The notes below the pieces were generated by a model. It did no database searches and was not told the origin of the DNA. It saw only the letters and a list, made by a program, of their open reading frames with translations. From the NCBI GenBank assembly GCA_965655095.1, contig OZ296648.1:56668001-56732000 (forward strand): a stretch of DNA of 64,000 bases. Reading direction: 5' to 3'. The DNA is from Haplodiscus bocki (Eukaryota). Positions 10,155 through 23,459 of the stretch are shown here, in pieces. The translations under genes were made by a program, and so were the position numbers. Each line of letters begins with the position of its first letter. Position 1 is the first letter of the stretch.

Positions 10155-12984
10155 CTTATCAACAACTATTTCCCTACTAGTGAATATTCAAGGAATGACA
10201 CCTGAAAATAAACATGTTGACTTGCTAACTCTATTGCAACTTCGCAACCTTGATTAACTTTTCTTATCTGAGACATGATTGAGTCCTCTATTTGATGATG
10301 CTTTCTGTTCTATATTTGGAACTTTCTATGTGGTGACGAGAGCGGATCGCATTCAAGGTACTCATGGTAGTATTATTATTCTCTGTCGCCGTATCTCAGA
10401 CCTAAACATCTCCGAAATAATTATCGACAAGGATTATGATTTTCCTGTTGCTGCTACGGTACAAAATTCTCATGATTCCGTGGCTCTACTCATCCTTTTC
10501 TACCTACTTCCTGTCACAGGCTCCTATAGGATACTTTTCGACTTCTTCAGTAGTTGTTTGGTGGATGTTGTTCGGAAAGCTGAAAACTTCTCCCCGCCTG
10601 ACAAGTTCAACCTGTCCCTCATCGTGCTGGGCGACTTCAACTTTCCCGACTGAGATTGGTCATCTATGTTTAGCACTAACAAGCGTGAACTTGAGTTCCT
10701 GGAATATCTCAACTCTCTTGAATTACGACCTCCTATCACTACTTGGCAAACGCATCGCTGTGGAAATATTCTTGACAACATTGTGACTAATGACAACTTT
10801 ATCACTGGTTACTCTATTGATGATAGTAGCTTAAGTCACCACTCTTCCATCATTTTTATTTACTCTTTCGATTTTAACAAACCCTATCAATATCCAACTG
10901 AATATTCGTTCAAGGACCATACCGACACGGTGAACTTTCATAATTCCAGTGAAGAGTTCAGTTTTACTTCATATACTTCAGAAGCCAACGTGAACGAGGT
11001 TTATTCGTTCGTTGCATGGAGTCTAAACACTTGTTTTCCTTTCAAAAGGAAAGTTCGGAGGAACAAACTTTTTCATTACAGCTCACATACATTTCACTAT
11101 TAGAACAAGTTGAATACAGCTAGACGAAAGTACTCTAAAAACCACATTAGAAACAATCTTGATGGTCTTCAATCGTTACAAAGGGATTCTTTGGATTCTG
11201 TTGAGTTGGATAAGACTATCTACATCAATGGATCATCAACTTCCAGCCTCAATCAATGCTTCTTGTTTTTGCACAGTCTCAAAAACCCTTATTTACCGAA
11301 GCAAATGTTTCGTTCGCAGGAGAAATTACTTCACTCTGAAATTCCAACTGCATTCAACAAATGTTTTGCTGGAAATTTCGATTTTGATTCTTATGATGGA
11401 TCGATTCAACTTATGGTGCTCTGAAATTGGATTCTGTTTTAGATTTTGTCTCCAGCTCTTCTATTACACCTGAAATTATGAGATCTAAAGAGTCCACAGT
11501 CTCTTGATTTGATGGTTTTCCAATCAAATTACTTGTAAGAGCTGCAGCTCTGTTTGGAATAATCTTCTATCCTTTATTTTGTTCCATAATCTTCTGTAAA
11601 GTTTTCCCCTCCATATGGAAAGTTGCTCGGATAACTCTTCTTTTCAAATCAGGATCACGTAACAGTATAATGTGTTATCGTCCAATTAGTTTGCTGCCTA
11701 AGATCTCTCCCATTTTTCAGAAATTGCTTTTTTGTTTCCTTTTTTTGAACTTGAAATCGAAACTACATCCCAAGCAGTTTGGCTTTCAGTCTCATAAAAG
11801 TTCTGTTCGACAACTTAAAAACTATCTGGAACGTGTTTATCAAGAGAAATCAATAAATCGTTCTTCAGTTTATTTTGACTATGAAAAGGCCTTCGACAAG
11901 GTCCCTCATTCTATCCTGTTCAGAAAACTTAGTCTCTACCTTGCTTTTGGTTTTTGTTCGCTCTTTGAATCTTACCTTATGAATAGATATCATAATGTGC
12001 ATGTCAATCACTTCAGTTCGGATCTCATACCTTGCGTCAGTGCTGCTCTTCAGGGCTCTGTTTTTGGACAATTTTTTTTATGTTTGTTAATGATTTACCA
12101 TCTATCTTCTCGGACTGCATGGTGTGGCTGTTTGCTGATGATTTGAAACTCTTATTTTCCAACCTCATTTTCACGATGATCTTTGGCGACTTTATTCCTG
12201 GAATCTAGTAAATGGAATGATCGTAAACTCAGACAAAACCAAAAGTATTCACTTTACAGGTACCACTCAAAGAACATTTCCGGCTGACCTTCTACTTGAG
12301 AACGTGAATTCGCAAAAAGATTTGGGTGTGTATGTTGGATATGGTCTCAAATGGAACCATCACTTTACATAAAAACTGCACAACGCCCGTGAAAGCTTCT
12401 TTTCTCTGATGTCTAAAGTACTCTTCAACACCCCCTTTATTATAAAGTTGCAGCTGTACTATAGTAGGGTGTTATCAATTCTGCTTTATGGTTTCCCAGC
12501 TTGGTATGCCGACATTACATCTCTGAAGCGCCTTGAATCTTTTCAACAGTCCTGTTTCTCCTCAATTTTTGGACGCAAGCGATCTTACCAAGAGCACCTC
12601 AAACGATCACAGTTTCTGCCTATTTGTTATCACCTGGAGTACATTACATTCTCTTTCCACTGTCAACTTTTACATGATAAATACATTTTCAATTTTACTT
12701 CTTATTTAGTGTTTCAGGTACCCGAACGTCAACTCCGAGCTTCAATGACCAATATACTCCGCTATCTGAACCCAAAGCGTTATGAAAACGTTTCTTTTTT
12801 CGGTCGTGCTACCACCATGGCAAACTTCTTGTTCAGAAATAACATAATCGATGGTTTCAACAACTTCAACAAACATGCAGTCGAAGCCTATCTTCTGCAG
12901 AAAGAATTTAATCCTACGTTGTCTTGTTCAATTTTCATTTGTTGTACTTGCAGTCAATGTAATATCATGAAGAGTATTTGTTAA
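10155..12984 (+). pseudogene. LINE ORF2: apurinic-type endonuclease + reverse transcriptase
   Basis: LGDFNFPD, THRCGNILDNIVT, LSHH; YRPISLLPKIS, QFGFQ, YFDYEKAFDKVPH, QGSVFG, WLFADDLK; terminal CSIFICCTCSQC. Confidence 0.9.
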
Positions 12985-13011
12985 CGAAATTTGGATCTCG
13001 AAAGAGAATTA

Positions 13012-13017
<6 letters not shown>

Positions 13018-13091
<74 letters not shown>
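13018..13091 (+). repeat. (CT)n microsatellite forming the LINE 3' tail
   Basis: Seen directly; ~35 nt after the ORF2 stop. Confidence 0.95.
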
Positions 13092-15400
13092 AAAGCGGAG
13101 GCGTATTTAGCAGGGCTAGAATGTTTTCTCAAGACAGAATAGGAAGGCTTACAGTTTCTAGCTTGAAATTACTCCGTCTGGTTCAAGGTTTGTTTGATAT
13201 AAGCTTGTCCTTTTTTTTCAGGCAAAACTTAGATCGACTCGTTGTTTTAAAGTCCCACGTCTTCTGGGGATTTTCTTTTAGGCGTATTGAAATATTGATA
13301 CAGCACTTTTCACCGCTGGAGATATAGAAAGATAAATTGTTTGTCCTTGAGTAGGATTTTTCTTGGATGGCAGCCTATTTATCGATGAAGTCTACTGTAC
13401 TAAGTACTGAAGTATTTGATTAATTCATGACTAGTGACCTAACTTGTTCAAAAAAATTGTTGAAATGGCGTTTTTTTGGAAAGAGCATTCAGTTGGCAAG
13501 TTAAACAATTTGAAAATCATCAGGGCCGTCTTATGTTTTGTACCTTCTTTTCACACGTTACGAAATGTGTCGCCGCATCTACAGTTGAATTGATTTCTAA
13601 TCAAGCTTTAGTAAATCAAGTCTGGCGGTTGACTGTTCCTTAAGTACTTCATTTCGTCTATTAAAGTTTTTTTGGTCAAGTGTTTAGTTCCCGAGATACT
13701 AGGGTTCTTACTGGTATCGAGTATCACAAAAGCCGTGGTACCCCAACTTCTTCATGTGACCATTTTCAGTTTTTTTAAAATTATGACTGGATATACAGTC
13801 ATCTGAATGATTCTTGAACTATTCGAGCAGAAAGTCTCTAAAGCCGGCACAAATTTCTTGTAGACTTTATATCTAACTTCTCCATCCTCAGTATGTTTGA
13901 CAGAAGTTGAACAACTTCAGGAAATTTCAACGCAGTCGTCTGTAGTTGTGTTTGTTTGAGGTTTTGCAGTCTGAAATCAACTGTGCTAAAATTTTTTTCA
14001 GAGGTTTCTTGGTTGTTAATAAACCTAAGTGTTCCAGTCTGTGTATAGTTGATAACTTGCAAATCGCTTCTGCCTATTTCTTTGGCAAGATTTGCAAGCC
14101 TCAGCTCGATTCTCTTTCTGTTGGGAACTTTAGAGCTTATATGATTCTTCATGTTCTCTCATAATTTTGTAAGATTGATTTGCCCTTTCAGTTGTTCGGA
14201 AAGTTGTTCATTGGTAGGAAAAAAACTGTTTTTCAATATTACTTTCATCTTGTGGATTAATCTTACTTTTTCAGTGACTTTGAAATTTTACACCTTAGAG
14301 GTGGACTTCAGTTACTTTAGATGCAATTGGTTTTGCCCCTCCTTAAAAATTTTCTATAGATTTCCTTGATACTGTGTCTGCAGTCTTTCTTACGTCTGCA
14401 AGTTCTTAGTCTGGATGTAAATCCCTAGATACATTACACTCTCCCACTTTCGATGGAGAGTGTTCAATTGTGTTCGTGTTAGTATTTTTTTAAGTAGCTG
14501 TTTTTGTTTCTACATTCACAATTCGTTGTTTTTTCAAACCAATATTTTGTGAAAAAAATCCCTTGCGCTAAGTTTATTTCACTTACAGTCTTGACCAACT
14601 GTACTTTGTCCTCCTCACACGTTTGCCCAAACGGTAGAGATTCCTTCGATGTTCCAATAACATCGGTTTTGACGATTGCAGATTTAGACAGCCTTTCAAT
14701 CAGTTCTGAAACTTGGGTGATTTTCGGTTAAAGAAGCTTCTATTTTAAAGTAACGTCGATTGTATATCCATTTCTTAAACAAAATTCAAAAGTGTTTCAC
14801 GCTGGGCAATTCTTGTACAGTGAGTGCTGCCTGCAAGTAACGTTCATCTGCGTACTTGGCTGCTAAGGCGCCGTTCAGACACTTGTTCTTGTCACCATAA
14901 AAAAGTATTTGCATTAACTCATAGCTGTGATTATCTGGCAATTCATCTGGGCTAGCTTTTGGTTGGTAAACTTTAAAACCTCTCCAAGCAGCTGCGTGGT
15001 CATTCCTTTTAGTTTTCGTTCTCGTGTCGCTTTTGATTTTTTTTTCAGCTCTGCTTGCCCCTACATCGAACCTTCTTGACAAAATTTTTGTAAAATGGTA
15101 ACTATTCGTTTTTTCTCAGATTCGAATTTTTTTCTTCAAAAAAAGGTTTCTTACTTGACCCATCGAGTATTTGACAACTATCTTCTCTTTGCGTACGCCT
15201 TCTGATTAACGTTGAGAGCCTTTTAGCGTGTTTTTTGACGGTTCTTCATCCTTCCACTTCTCGCTTTGAGTTCCTTTGAAAACCGTGGGTTTGATTTTAA
15301 TGTCATTTTTTGCACTAGCGGCTGTACTGTTTTGGTTATCCTATTTGAAAGTTTATTTGTCCTCGGCTTTCTATGTTTCGTACCAAGCACTGGGTTTGCA
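13092..15400 (-). mobile_element. very decayed, probably non-LTR element remnant
   Basis: Broken minus-strand frames with ORF1-like text (VIGTSKESLPFGQTCEEDKVQLVK) and linker-like text; no clean catalytic motif. Confidence 0.25.
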
Positions 15401-15892
15401 TTTTCGGTTTGATCTGAGTTCTCGGTCACTTCGGTCAAATTTATTTTAAGCTGAGTTCTCCAGCTAACTTTGCCTGAAATTCCAACGCGTTTTCAATTTC
15501 CCGTGCTTGAGAACAAACGTTCCGCCTCGTCGACTGCCCGGCCCTTCGTCCTTCTACTGTTGTTTGCATTCCAACCTCAGCAGCTGTTGTAAAAGTTCGG
15601 GTACTCACTAAACTTCCAAGTTAGTTGGAAAACAGGAGTCATACGAAGTCAGCGCATCAAAACTTTGACCCTTGATATCAATTTCTTGACTTTTAATACT
15701 CAGGTTTCTATCGGGTTTATGATGTTCTTTTCAGTAGGGATCTTTTTTGGACAATTTCAAGCCGTCGTTTTTCCGAAATATATTTAAGCTAATCATCTAT
15801 CTGAGCAACCGAAAATTGTTTCCAAATTGTTTGCAAAGTCTTGCATGTGATACTTCCGACTTCCGCCGCTGTGTTGGCGTCTCGGGCTCTGT

Positions 15893-15893
<1 letters not shown>

Positions 15894-15958
<65 letters not shown>
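15894..15958. repeat. (GT)n microsatellite
   Basis: Seen directly. Confidence 0.98.
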
Positions 15959-15960
<2 letters not shown>

Positions 15961-16818
15961 TTCAAGATAAAATCGAGCCGGGCTCTTGGAAATTTTCGGT
16001 GATTGCTATATTTTTTATTTGGTTAGTTTATTCTTTGCGTACTTGTTAGTCCATAAAGTCCAATTTTCACCTTTTCCTTGGCCATTGTTGTTCAGTTTTG
16101 TCGAGATGCCATTACTCATTAAGGGTTCCACAAAAGGTAGCAGTTTAAAGAATTCGCATTTTTCCTAGAAATTTGGCTCAAAGACCATGCAATTCCCTCG
16201 AAGTGCTGCTGGGGTTACATCTTCAATCTCAATTTTTTTACTGTCCACATAGTTGTTGCTGTTCAGAGGTCCCGAAGCCAGATGGACCAAAATAGTAAGT
16301 GAGTGAGCAAATTAGAAGGGGGCGGATGTCCCTCTAAGTAGTAAGGTAAGCTATAGCGATCCCCAGAGCCGAATCGAGCCCAAAACTGGTGTTTGAGGGT
16401 GGAGCTCCTTTCTCAGCTCTTATGTTATTACGTGGGTCAATGAATTAAGATAGGGGCTTTTGGGCACTCTGAGACTTTTAGGCACTGTGAGACTTCTCGA
16501 CACACTGAGACCACCCCAACATAGGGTATAAAACTTCAATGTATTAAGATACCCCAACGTAACAAGATAGGGTAAACTACCTCAATGTATTAAGATAAGG
16601 TTAACCCCAAGATAGGACTCGGGCTTTTCGGCCCTGTGCGCCCGAAATAGGCGAATGTATTATACTTTATTGCGTGTGCAGATATTTTTTCAAGGGAGAT
16701 GACAACTTTATGCTTGATGTTATGCAAAAAGATTATTTGAAAGTTTAGAAAAGTATATTCGAAAATTTGAACAGAAACTTTGTACAGACTGCACCTTCAC
16801 ATTGAAACTGTTATAAAA

Positions 16819-17207
16819 CTACATGTATTCAATAAAGAAATAAATACTTTCAGATCTTGGACTCCAGTAATTCCTTCCTGACAGAACTTGAAGAGTTGCA
16901 TAGCTGCACAATTGTGGTGAAAGCACGAACACTGGGATGGGTTTGTAATTATGACGCCATCATCTGCTTATATTGCAGTTTGAGAAAACGGTATTTCTTA
17001 CGTCCAAAAAATTTTGCAATAAACATTTCATATCGAAACATTGCATTCATTATCCAATGATCACCCTTCATTTTGCTGGGTTGCGAGTTGATATTAGCAA
17101 AGGTGTCACTCATAAATCGGAACATCTTCAGAGGAAAATGAACCAAAGTACCGATACTCGAGCAGAAGAATACGATTCAATATTTGTTGTAGAAAAACCA
17201 GATCCAT
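16819..17207 (-). pseudogene. adenain-like cysteine protease
   Basis: MDLVFLQQILNRI..YRYFGSF; FANINSQPSKMKGDHWIM; LQTHPSV (decayed Q...CG motif). Confidence 0.75.
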
Positions 17208-17208
17208 T

Positions 17209-18550
17209 TTAGATAGCCTTTCCAACATCACAAAACTTGTTAACTGCAACCAAAGATAATCTTACTTCCAAAACAATGAGTTCTAGAACGTGTTCTGGAA
17301 AAAAATTTGAGGTTTAGCTGCAGTCTCAGTGGTTGTCCAACTGGTTCTGGGTAATGACAATTTTCAGTAGCATCTTGCATTGATTTTGAATCAAAAACCA
17401 GCACATGGTGTTTTTTGAACTTATCAATCGGATTGAGGGTATATCTTCTTGAAAGTTCATTTTTTTCATTGTCGTAATATATGGGTGAAAAATGTCAGCA
17501 GCGTTAAAGTCTACGATTGGCTGACTTCCTTTGAATTTTTAATTTGTCTGATATCGATTTACTGATACCTGATTGGGTTTTCAGTGTACGATCCAGTGAC
17601 CGAAGTGTTTGTATTCATTGCAATGGCAATTCGAAGAACTGGAGCATTGTTAAAAATGTTTCCCCCAAAAAACTCGTTTTTTTTCTGGAAGCGGTGATAA
17701 ACGTCTTTGCGAAAGTCTCCAAATGATTGTACTCCCTGGGAGTATATGCAAGTGTGTCCTTTCTTTTGATGAGGTAATCATTCTTGTGAGCAACACAACG
17801 AGTGTAAAACGAACAACCAACATTTCCAGGACTAACGTTGGCGTTAGCACTAACCATGTTAAAGTGAGGTCGGGATTTGATTAGACTGAGGCTATGTTTC
17901 CTATTTGGATATAGCACTTCAGAAGTAGAGAAAAAGTCTAGCCACAGTTTACCATACAACATAAAACCGCCGGGTCTACTAAGCATTTTCATTCTCCTCG
18001 TAGTGGAAGTCTCATAAAAAAGTGCCTCCATGTTCTCATCAAGAAATTCGACATAATCAGACCCCGCCCAGTGCAAAACCCTTTCGAACGTAGAGATGGC
18101 TCATTTGAAGTTGTTGGAAATATAGAGTTTGTACGCAAAGAGTCCATTTGAGTCGTAAATTTGCAGATTGTTGATGTACACCTCAACATTGAAAAAAAAT
18201 TATTGCAAATTGTTGTTTACATGAGTAACAAGAAAAACTGGAACGTCTTCCTCTTCCTCCGTTTTCTCATCCGCTTTTGCCTTTTCTTTTTGCTCCTTTT
18301 AACTTCTTTGCTATTATGAGTATCGTAACCACGACTTTTGACGGAATTCAGTTTCTAAGCTACATAAAATTGTCCCAAATCAACGTATTGGTTCCGATCC
18401 GTTTGAATATCAAACCCTGTGCAGTTTTTATCAAGTGAGGTTTTAGATTGAATTTCTTGTTCGTGGGACGACAAGGCATCGTCGACTACTGGGATTTTTC
18501 CTCCAAGTTATGCCAAATTTGCCACAAAAGTTGGTTTGAAATGATTAACC
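17209..18550 (-). pseudogene. double jelly-roll major capsid protein
   Basis: PVVDDALSSHEQEI..DIQTDRNQYVDL; MLYGKLWLDFFSTSEVLYPN..LIKSRPHF; YNHLETFAKTFI; collinear with the MCP at 57868-59207. Confidence 0.75.
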
Positions 18551-18559
18551 AGAAACGTT

Positions 18560-18890
18560 TGTAAAACCATTTCTTCGTAGCCAACTGGTTTGTTTGGTAC
18601 AATATGTTGGACTGACTTTCCTCTGCTCTCTACCATTACTCAACTGTTTTCTTGGAGTTTGTTTTACCAAACTATCTGCTGTGCTCGCTAAAGGTTTTGA
18701 ACTTTCTACAACCTCTGCTTTTTGTGGCGCCGCAAGTTACATCGAATCATCACCAACACGTTTTGCTACTGGTACGACATGTTTACGTAAGAATGGAATT
18801 GCTGTTCTCCCAATAAATTGTGCAGTTCCACGCTGTCGACCAAAACCGCTAATTTGAGGAGTTTTGAAGCAAACATCTCCTAACGTGTTT
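18560..18890 (-). pseudogene. small basic core-like protein (pX/pVII-like)
   Basis: GFGRQRGTAQFIGRTAIPFLRKHVVPVAKRVG; same position as the ORF at 57332-57718. Confidence 0.6.
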
Positions 18891-19688
18891 TTATTTTAAA
18901 ATGATCATTGGGAGTTTTTCTAGACGTCAACACAACTCGGGTAAAATCGACAGATACCAAAGAGTTTTTCAAGGCTTGTGTTTCTCAAGTCTAAGTGGTT
19001 TTTGTGAAGTTATTTTTTGAACAGCGGTCTAAATTGTAGGTTGCTAAAAGTCTGATACTTCATGTATTGTCCAGTAGTTAAACTTTCTCCAGATTTTAGC
19101 TGGCGGAAAAAAGGACAGCAGAGCAACATAGAAGAATTTGTGTTCCCCAAAACATCAATCAAGTCTGTGTATTTCTTGAGAGAAGGTTTGTGGACAGAGT
19201 CATAAACAAAAATTGGCTTGTGAGGTTCTTTTTGTCTCAACAATCCTTCAATTTCATTGCCAACATTGCTTCTAAAAAAGAGACTGAAATCTGTTTTAAA
19301 TATTGCGAGACCCGATCCCTCATATGCGAGTTGAACTTCATCTTTTTGCATTCTCTGAGATACTTTGACTACGATAGAAATTACTGTGTGATTGTCTTTC
19401 ATGAATGAGCGTGTTCAAGGCTTCCACAATTTCGGTAACTGAATGGTATAGACCGCGTTCCAGATAACAAAATTTCTGACGAGTCTGAAGATTTTGAGTC
19501 AAAAAAATCTTTTTTTCCCTCTGTATTAAATTGGTACAATCATGGGTAGGCTATTTCAGAAGTTGCAACCACCCGTTGCTCCTCTAGATTCAGTTGCTCC
19601 ATCAAAAATTCTCTAGAGGAGCTGAGCTTATTGTCTGAAAACGTTTCGCAGATGCATTAGGAAGCAACTCTTCTGTGAACGAGTTCAT
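18890..19688 (-). pseudogene. minor capsid (penton) protein
   Basis: MNSFTEELLPNASA; EQLNLEEQRVATSEIAYP; YTDLIDVLGNT..LLCCPF; YQTFSNLQFRPL. Confidence 0.7.
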
Positions 19689-19699
19689 TGTAAACTTAC

Positions 19700-20480
19700 A
19701 ATAACTAACTCTTTTTGATTAAATATGCCACGTATAATCTCACCTTATCATCTTTTTTTTGTATACAGTTTCCAAAGTTTCTTGCGTAAATTGTGACTTG
19801 TAAACTTTTCGGAATAGCTAATCAAACCTTGAGACGCAAAATATATCTCTCAATCAAAGTTTTAGATTTCTCTACTCCAGTAGGGGTCTGTTGTAAAGAG
19901 TGGACAAAAAGTCGGAATTCTTGTCATCCTTTGGTTACAAATCAATCGAGCATTTCTTTCTGGAAGTAAAAGTTATGACACACTGGGTCTCACTCATAAT
20001 AAGGTGATTTTTTAATTCCTTGAGTTTGATAATTTTTTTCAACTTTTCAGCAAACTCGGTCTTTTTCAAAACCCAACTGTTTATGAGACATCTTTTTCAA
20101 TCAGGTTTTGAAACGCTCTTAGAGTCTGTTTCGAATCTTTTGTCTTTATTCCCTGTGAACCTACTGTTCGATCTAAGAAGTGTTGACCAACTACTAGAAG
20201 CGTTACGCCATTTTTCTTTGTTGCCAGTTAATCAACAAGAGCAAGATCTAAAAACCGAAGTTTTATTTTGGACCTACCAAAAGCCTTCATTTTCTTTAAT
20301 TTTTGTGTGGTCCAATTAAATTTTGCGTAAAAAGTCTTTGATTGCGAAAACCGTTTCACTTTTGATACTGGCGGATTGCTAGTTTTTGATAAATTGCGCA
20401 CAAATCCATAAGCAGCAGCACCTTTAGTGTACAGCCTTTGCCATTTCCGCCGTTCAGTTCTCGAAAACGACCCAGTTACC
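19700..20480 (-). pseudogene. retroviral-like integrase (no PHD finger)
   Basis: LYTKGAAAYGFVRNL..SKVKRF..FYAKF; FLDLALVD; LLVVGQHFLDR; WVLKKTEFA. Confidence 0.7.
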
Positions 20481-20483
20481 CTT

Positions 20484-20860
20484 CTATTTGGTTTTTGCAA
20501 TCTGGCTCAAAACCAGAGTCAGAGATACTCCAGCAACGTCAAGTGAGGTAAAGCAAGTTTCGAGAACGTCTGCATTTTCTCGACGCAGTTGTTGAGCCAA
20601 GTCTGACAAAAACACTCCGGTTTCTACACCATCCAGTTTTAGAGTCTGCGAATATGAGAGCGTGACACGTGGATGAGACAAAACTTTGTCAACTAAAAAA
20701 CCTGCTTTGGCAGAAAAGTTTGATACCTTCCTTTTTTAACGAACCAAATTGGTCCGTACTCAGCTCAGAACATTGGATGTTCCCGCTTTTTATAAGACTG
20801 AGTATTCAAACTTTTGTTGTTGTACACAGGAATAGGGACGAGAAAAACTGCTCCATATCA
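20484..20860 (-). pseudogene. conserved uncharacterised Polinton protein
   Basis: PRVTLSYSQTLKLDGVETGVFLSDLAQQL resembles the syntenic ORF at 54235-54902. Confidence 0.5.
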
Positions 20861-21129
20861 AAACAAATAAGTAATGGCTGGAGGAGTAACAACATTTATT
20901 AGTTGAAAGCATTTTTAACTTATCTACTTTGATTCCAAGTTGTTCTCATTAGAGAGAACAACAGAACTCTGCTTTGAATGTTTCTCTCGTGATGTCTTTT
21001 CATACTCTGCAGGTTTCCTTTGAGCAGACTTAAAATGACTTTCCAAAAAACCGGGTGAATTTTCTCCAGCTAGACTCAAAGAAATGACTTTGGCATTTGT
21101 GGGAAAATGATTGAAGCACTTGGAGAGTA

Positions 21130-21790
21130 GGGAAGTTTCGTTTGTTTATCGTCCAACGGGTTTAATTGCTTCAACCGTTCATGGATATAAATTTTTGAGG
21201 GGATAAAACCAGTAATTGTAATGTAATGTAATCGGTGTTATGTTCGTGGTGACAAGTCAATCAGCAAATGACCCTAGCAAACAGACATTGCATCTCATAA
21301 CCTGTCAACCAGTTCTGCTATGAGCCCCGCTTAGGCACTAAACGAACTGGTTTTTATTACATCACGTGGGGTTTTAAAGAGAACGAATTGCGTGATTTGG
21401 AGCTCAACGTTTTGCCCTAGTTTAATTTGATGAAACAAGTTGTGCTTAATATAAATAGTATTGAGAGTACGATGTTCCATTGCGGTGGGAAAAATAACGA
21501 AGGCGTTCAAAGTGCATATTTTTTCACACGAAACGTCAAAGATCACTATTTTTTTCGTATCGTTGTTTTCCAACGAATCGGTAAATTCAAGAATTTCATT
21601 TTGAAAAAAACTCAATATTTTTGAATGTTTTTTGCACAAAATCGTCAATCGCCCGAAAAAATTGATGAAAAAAATAAATTTTCTCCAATTTTGGTTGAAA
21701 ATTTCCAAGTTTTAACCAAATGCAAATGAGCTACTATTTTGCGGTCTCGGAGGGTCCATCCAACGTTCTAAAGACGTGATTTATCGAAGA
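21130..21790 (-). pseudogene. A32/FtsK-like packaging ATPase
   Basis: Walker A remnant GPSETAK; Walker B IVIFD; EHRTLNTIYIKHNLFHQ; VLFKTPRDV. Confidence 0.8.
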
Positions 21791-22139
21791 AGTCAAATTT
21801 TCCATATTTTGGCAAAAATAAAAAACATCCGGCTAATCTACACAAAAATACCACCTGAACAGGTGAACCGTCACAAGTCTTGCAAAGAAGAATTTTCCCA
21901 ATGCAACCAATTAAGATCAACAAATTGACAAAATTTGGGACGAAAAGCCGATCAGTGATCTAGAACAGGTTTGTTTCAAACAAGCCGGCGATTTTTTCTC
22001 TTCATTGATTTCGTTGCAAACATTTTTGCTCAAATTAACGTTACCCTCTTGATCGGTCATCCAGCTTTTATGCTCAATTTCTCGTTATTAAATCTTGAAA
22101 AAAGTGAAGCATTTTACAACATTTATTTACGTAGACACA

Positions 22140-22630
22140 AACAATACGGAACACAAAACAAAATTTACAACTTCAAGTGCTGCATTGTCCTGTCACCAAA
22201 CAATTTTTTCTCTCGCTCTGCCTAGTTACGTGTAGTCTCGTGTCGCAATGGGTAGCTGAAACCAATCCACACTTCCTTATCTGATTCCAGAAGCTCCTGA
22301 AATTTGGGACAGCTATCGTCATCCAAGTTTTCTATCACTCTATCATTTAATTTGCTGAAAAGGTTACATTTTTCTGTCCCCCTTCGCCCCTTCGCAAATT
22401 ATTTGGCTTTTTTATTTTTAGGGAGAATGTTTTAGAGCTCACTGTAATCCAAATTTTCGATGTTTCACCAAGTACATCCAAATTTCTTGTACACCATAAA
22501 GCTTGTTTTGTCGGTTTACACCTTTTGGAGCACAGAATGAGCAACCCTTAACATTCTCATCAATTGAAACTCCCAACGCTTCATTAATATTTCAGGTTGC
22601 AAACTTAATATTCAGGAAAATGCATGGCAT
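22140..22630 (-). pseudogene. DEDD-like exonuclease-family accessory protein
   Basis: MPCIFLNIKF..EALGVSIDENVKGCSF; KPTKQALWCTRNL; ENLDDDSCPK; YPLRHETTR. Confidence 0.5.
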
Positions 22631-23459
22631 ACTGCGCCAAAAGCCGACATATTTGAAAATGGTAGGCACAAAGAGTTTTACGTAAAAGCGAAAAAGTAAT
22701 CCAGTCACGTGACCCAACAAACATGAATTTGGTCCTCGTCTTTTCATGTGACAAGGATTTTACCACTATGTGGTTGCAATGATCCAGCAGCATCCTGTAG
22801 TTTTGCATGTAGTCTAAATACTTTGGAGTGACAAGAAGTAAACTCCAAGTACAAGTCCCTACAACCAATGGTCCCACTAATTTGATCCAACTCACGTAAA
22901 GGAGGTGTAGCTACGCAACAGCGACATGCACTTAGAAACAAGTTTTCGCGAGCACTATTGTGTTCAAATGACAATTTGAATTCCAAGTATGATCGAAATA
23001 TGCTCATTAGAAGGGAACATCCAATGCTGGCGGAATTTTCTTTCAGATATGAACAGTTGTTTCATCCAGTACAATGCACCTCTTGGGCACCACGTCAATG
23101 TACTTGAAAAGAAAATTTTCTTTAGAAAAATGCTCTTTTGTGAATTGTCTTTTTTAGCTGAATCTCCGAATTTTTCGGATAAACCTTTTTTTGGGATCGG
23201 TAAACGACAATGTTCAACTTGTCTGTATCTGTCTTGTAGTTTACACCTAGCCTTTTCCTACCGTCGTAAATTAACCATTTTAGAAAGAAATCGCTTTTTG
23301 AATCAGACTTCTCAAAACCTGGCAATTGTTGCATTTCCACTAGACTTGGTGTATATTTTTGGCAGAAATTCTGGATTTTGTAAGTGCAACATGAAAAAGT
23401 CTCAGGTTTGATTTTAACCTCAGAAAGATTTTTTTCCCAGTGTCCCAAATCAACCCTAC

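Larger units (their letters stand above)
9324..13091 (+). mobile_element. CR1/L2-group LINE, near full length, decayed; 5' boundary uncertain
   Basis: ORF1, APE-RT ORF2, short 3' UTR and (CT)n tail. Confidence 0.9.

Noticed and set aside
16436-16620. CRISPR-like array
   Set aside because: Repeats are short, irregular and lack constant-length spacers; eukaryotic context with no cas genes.
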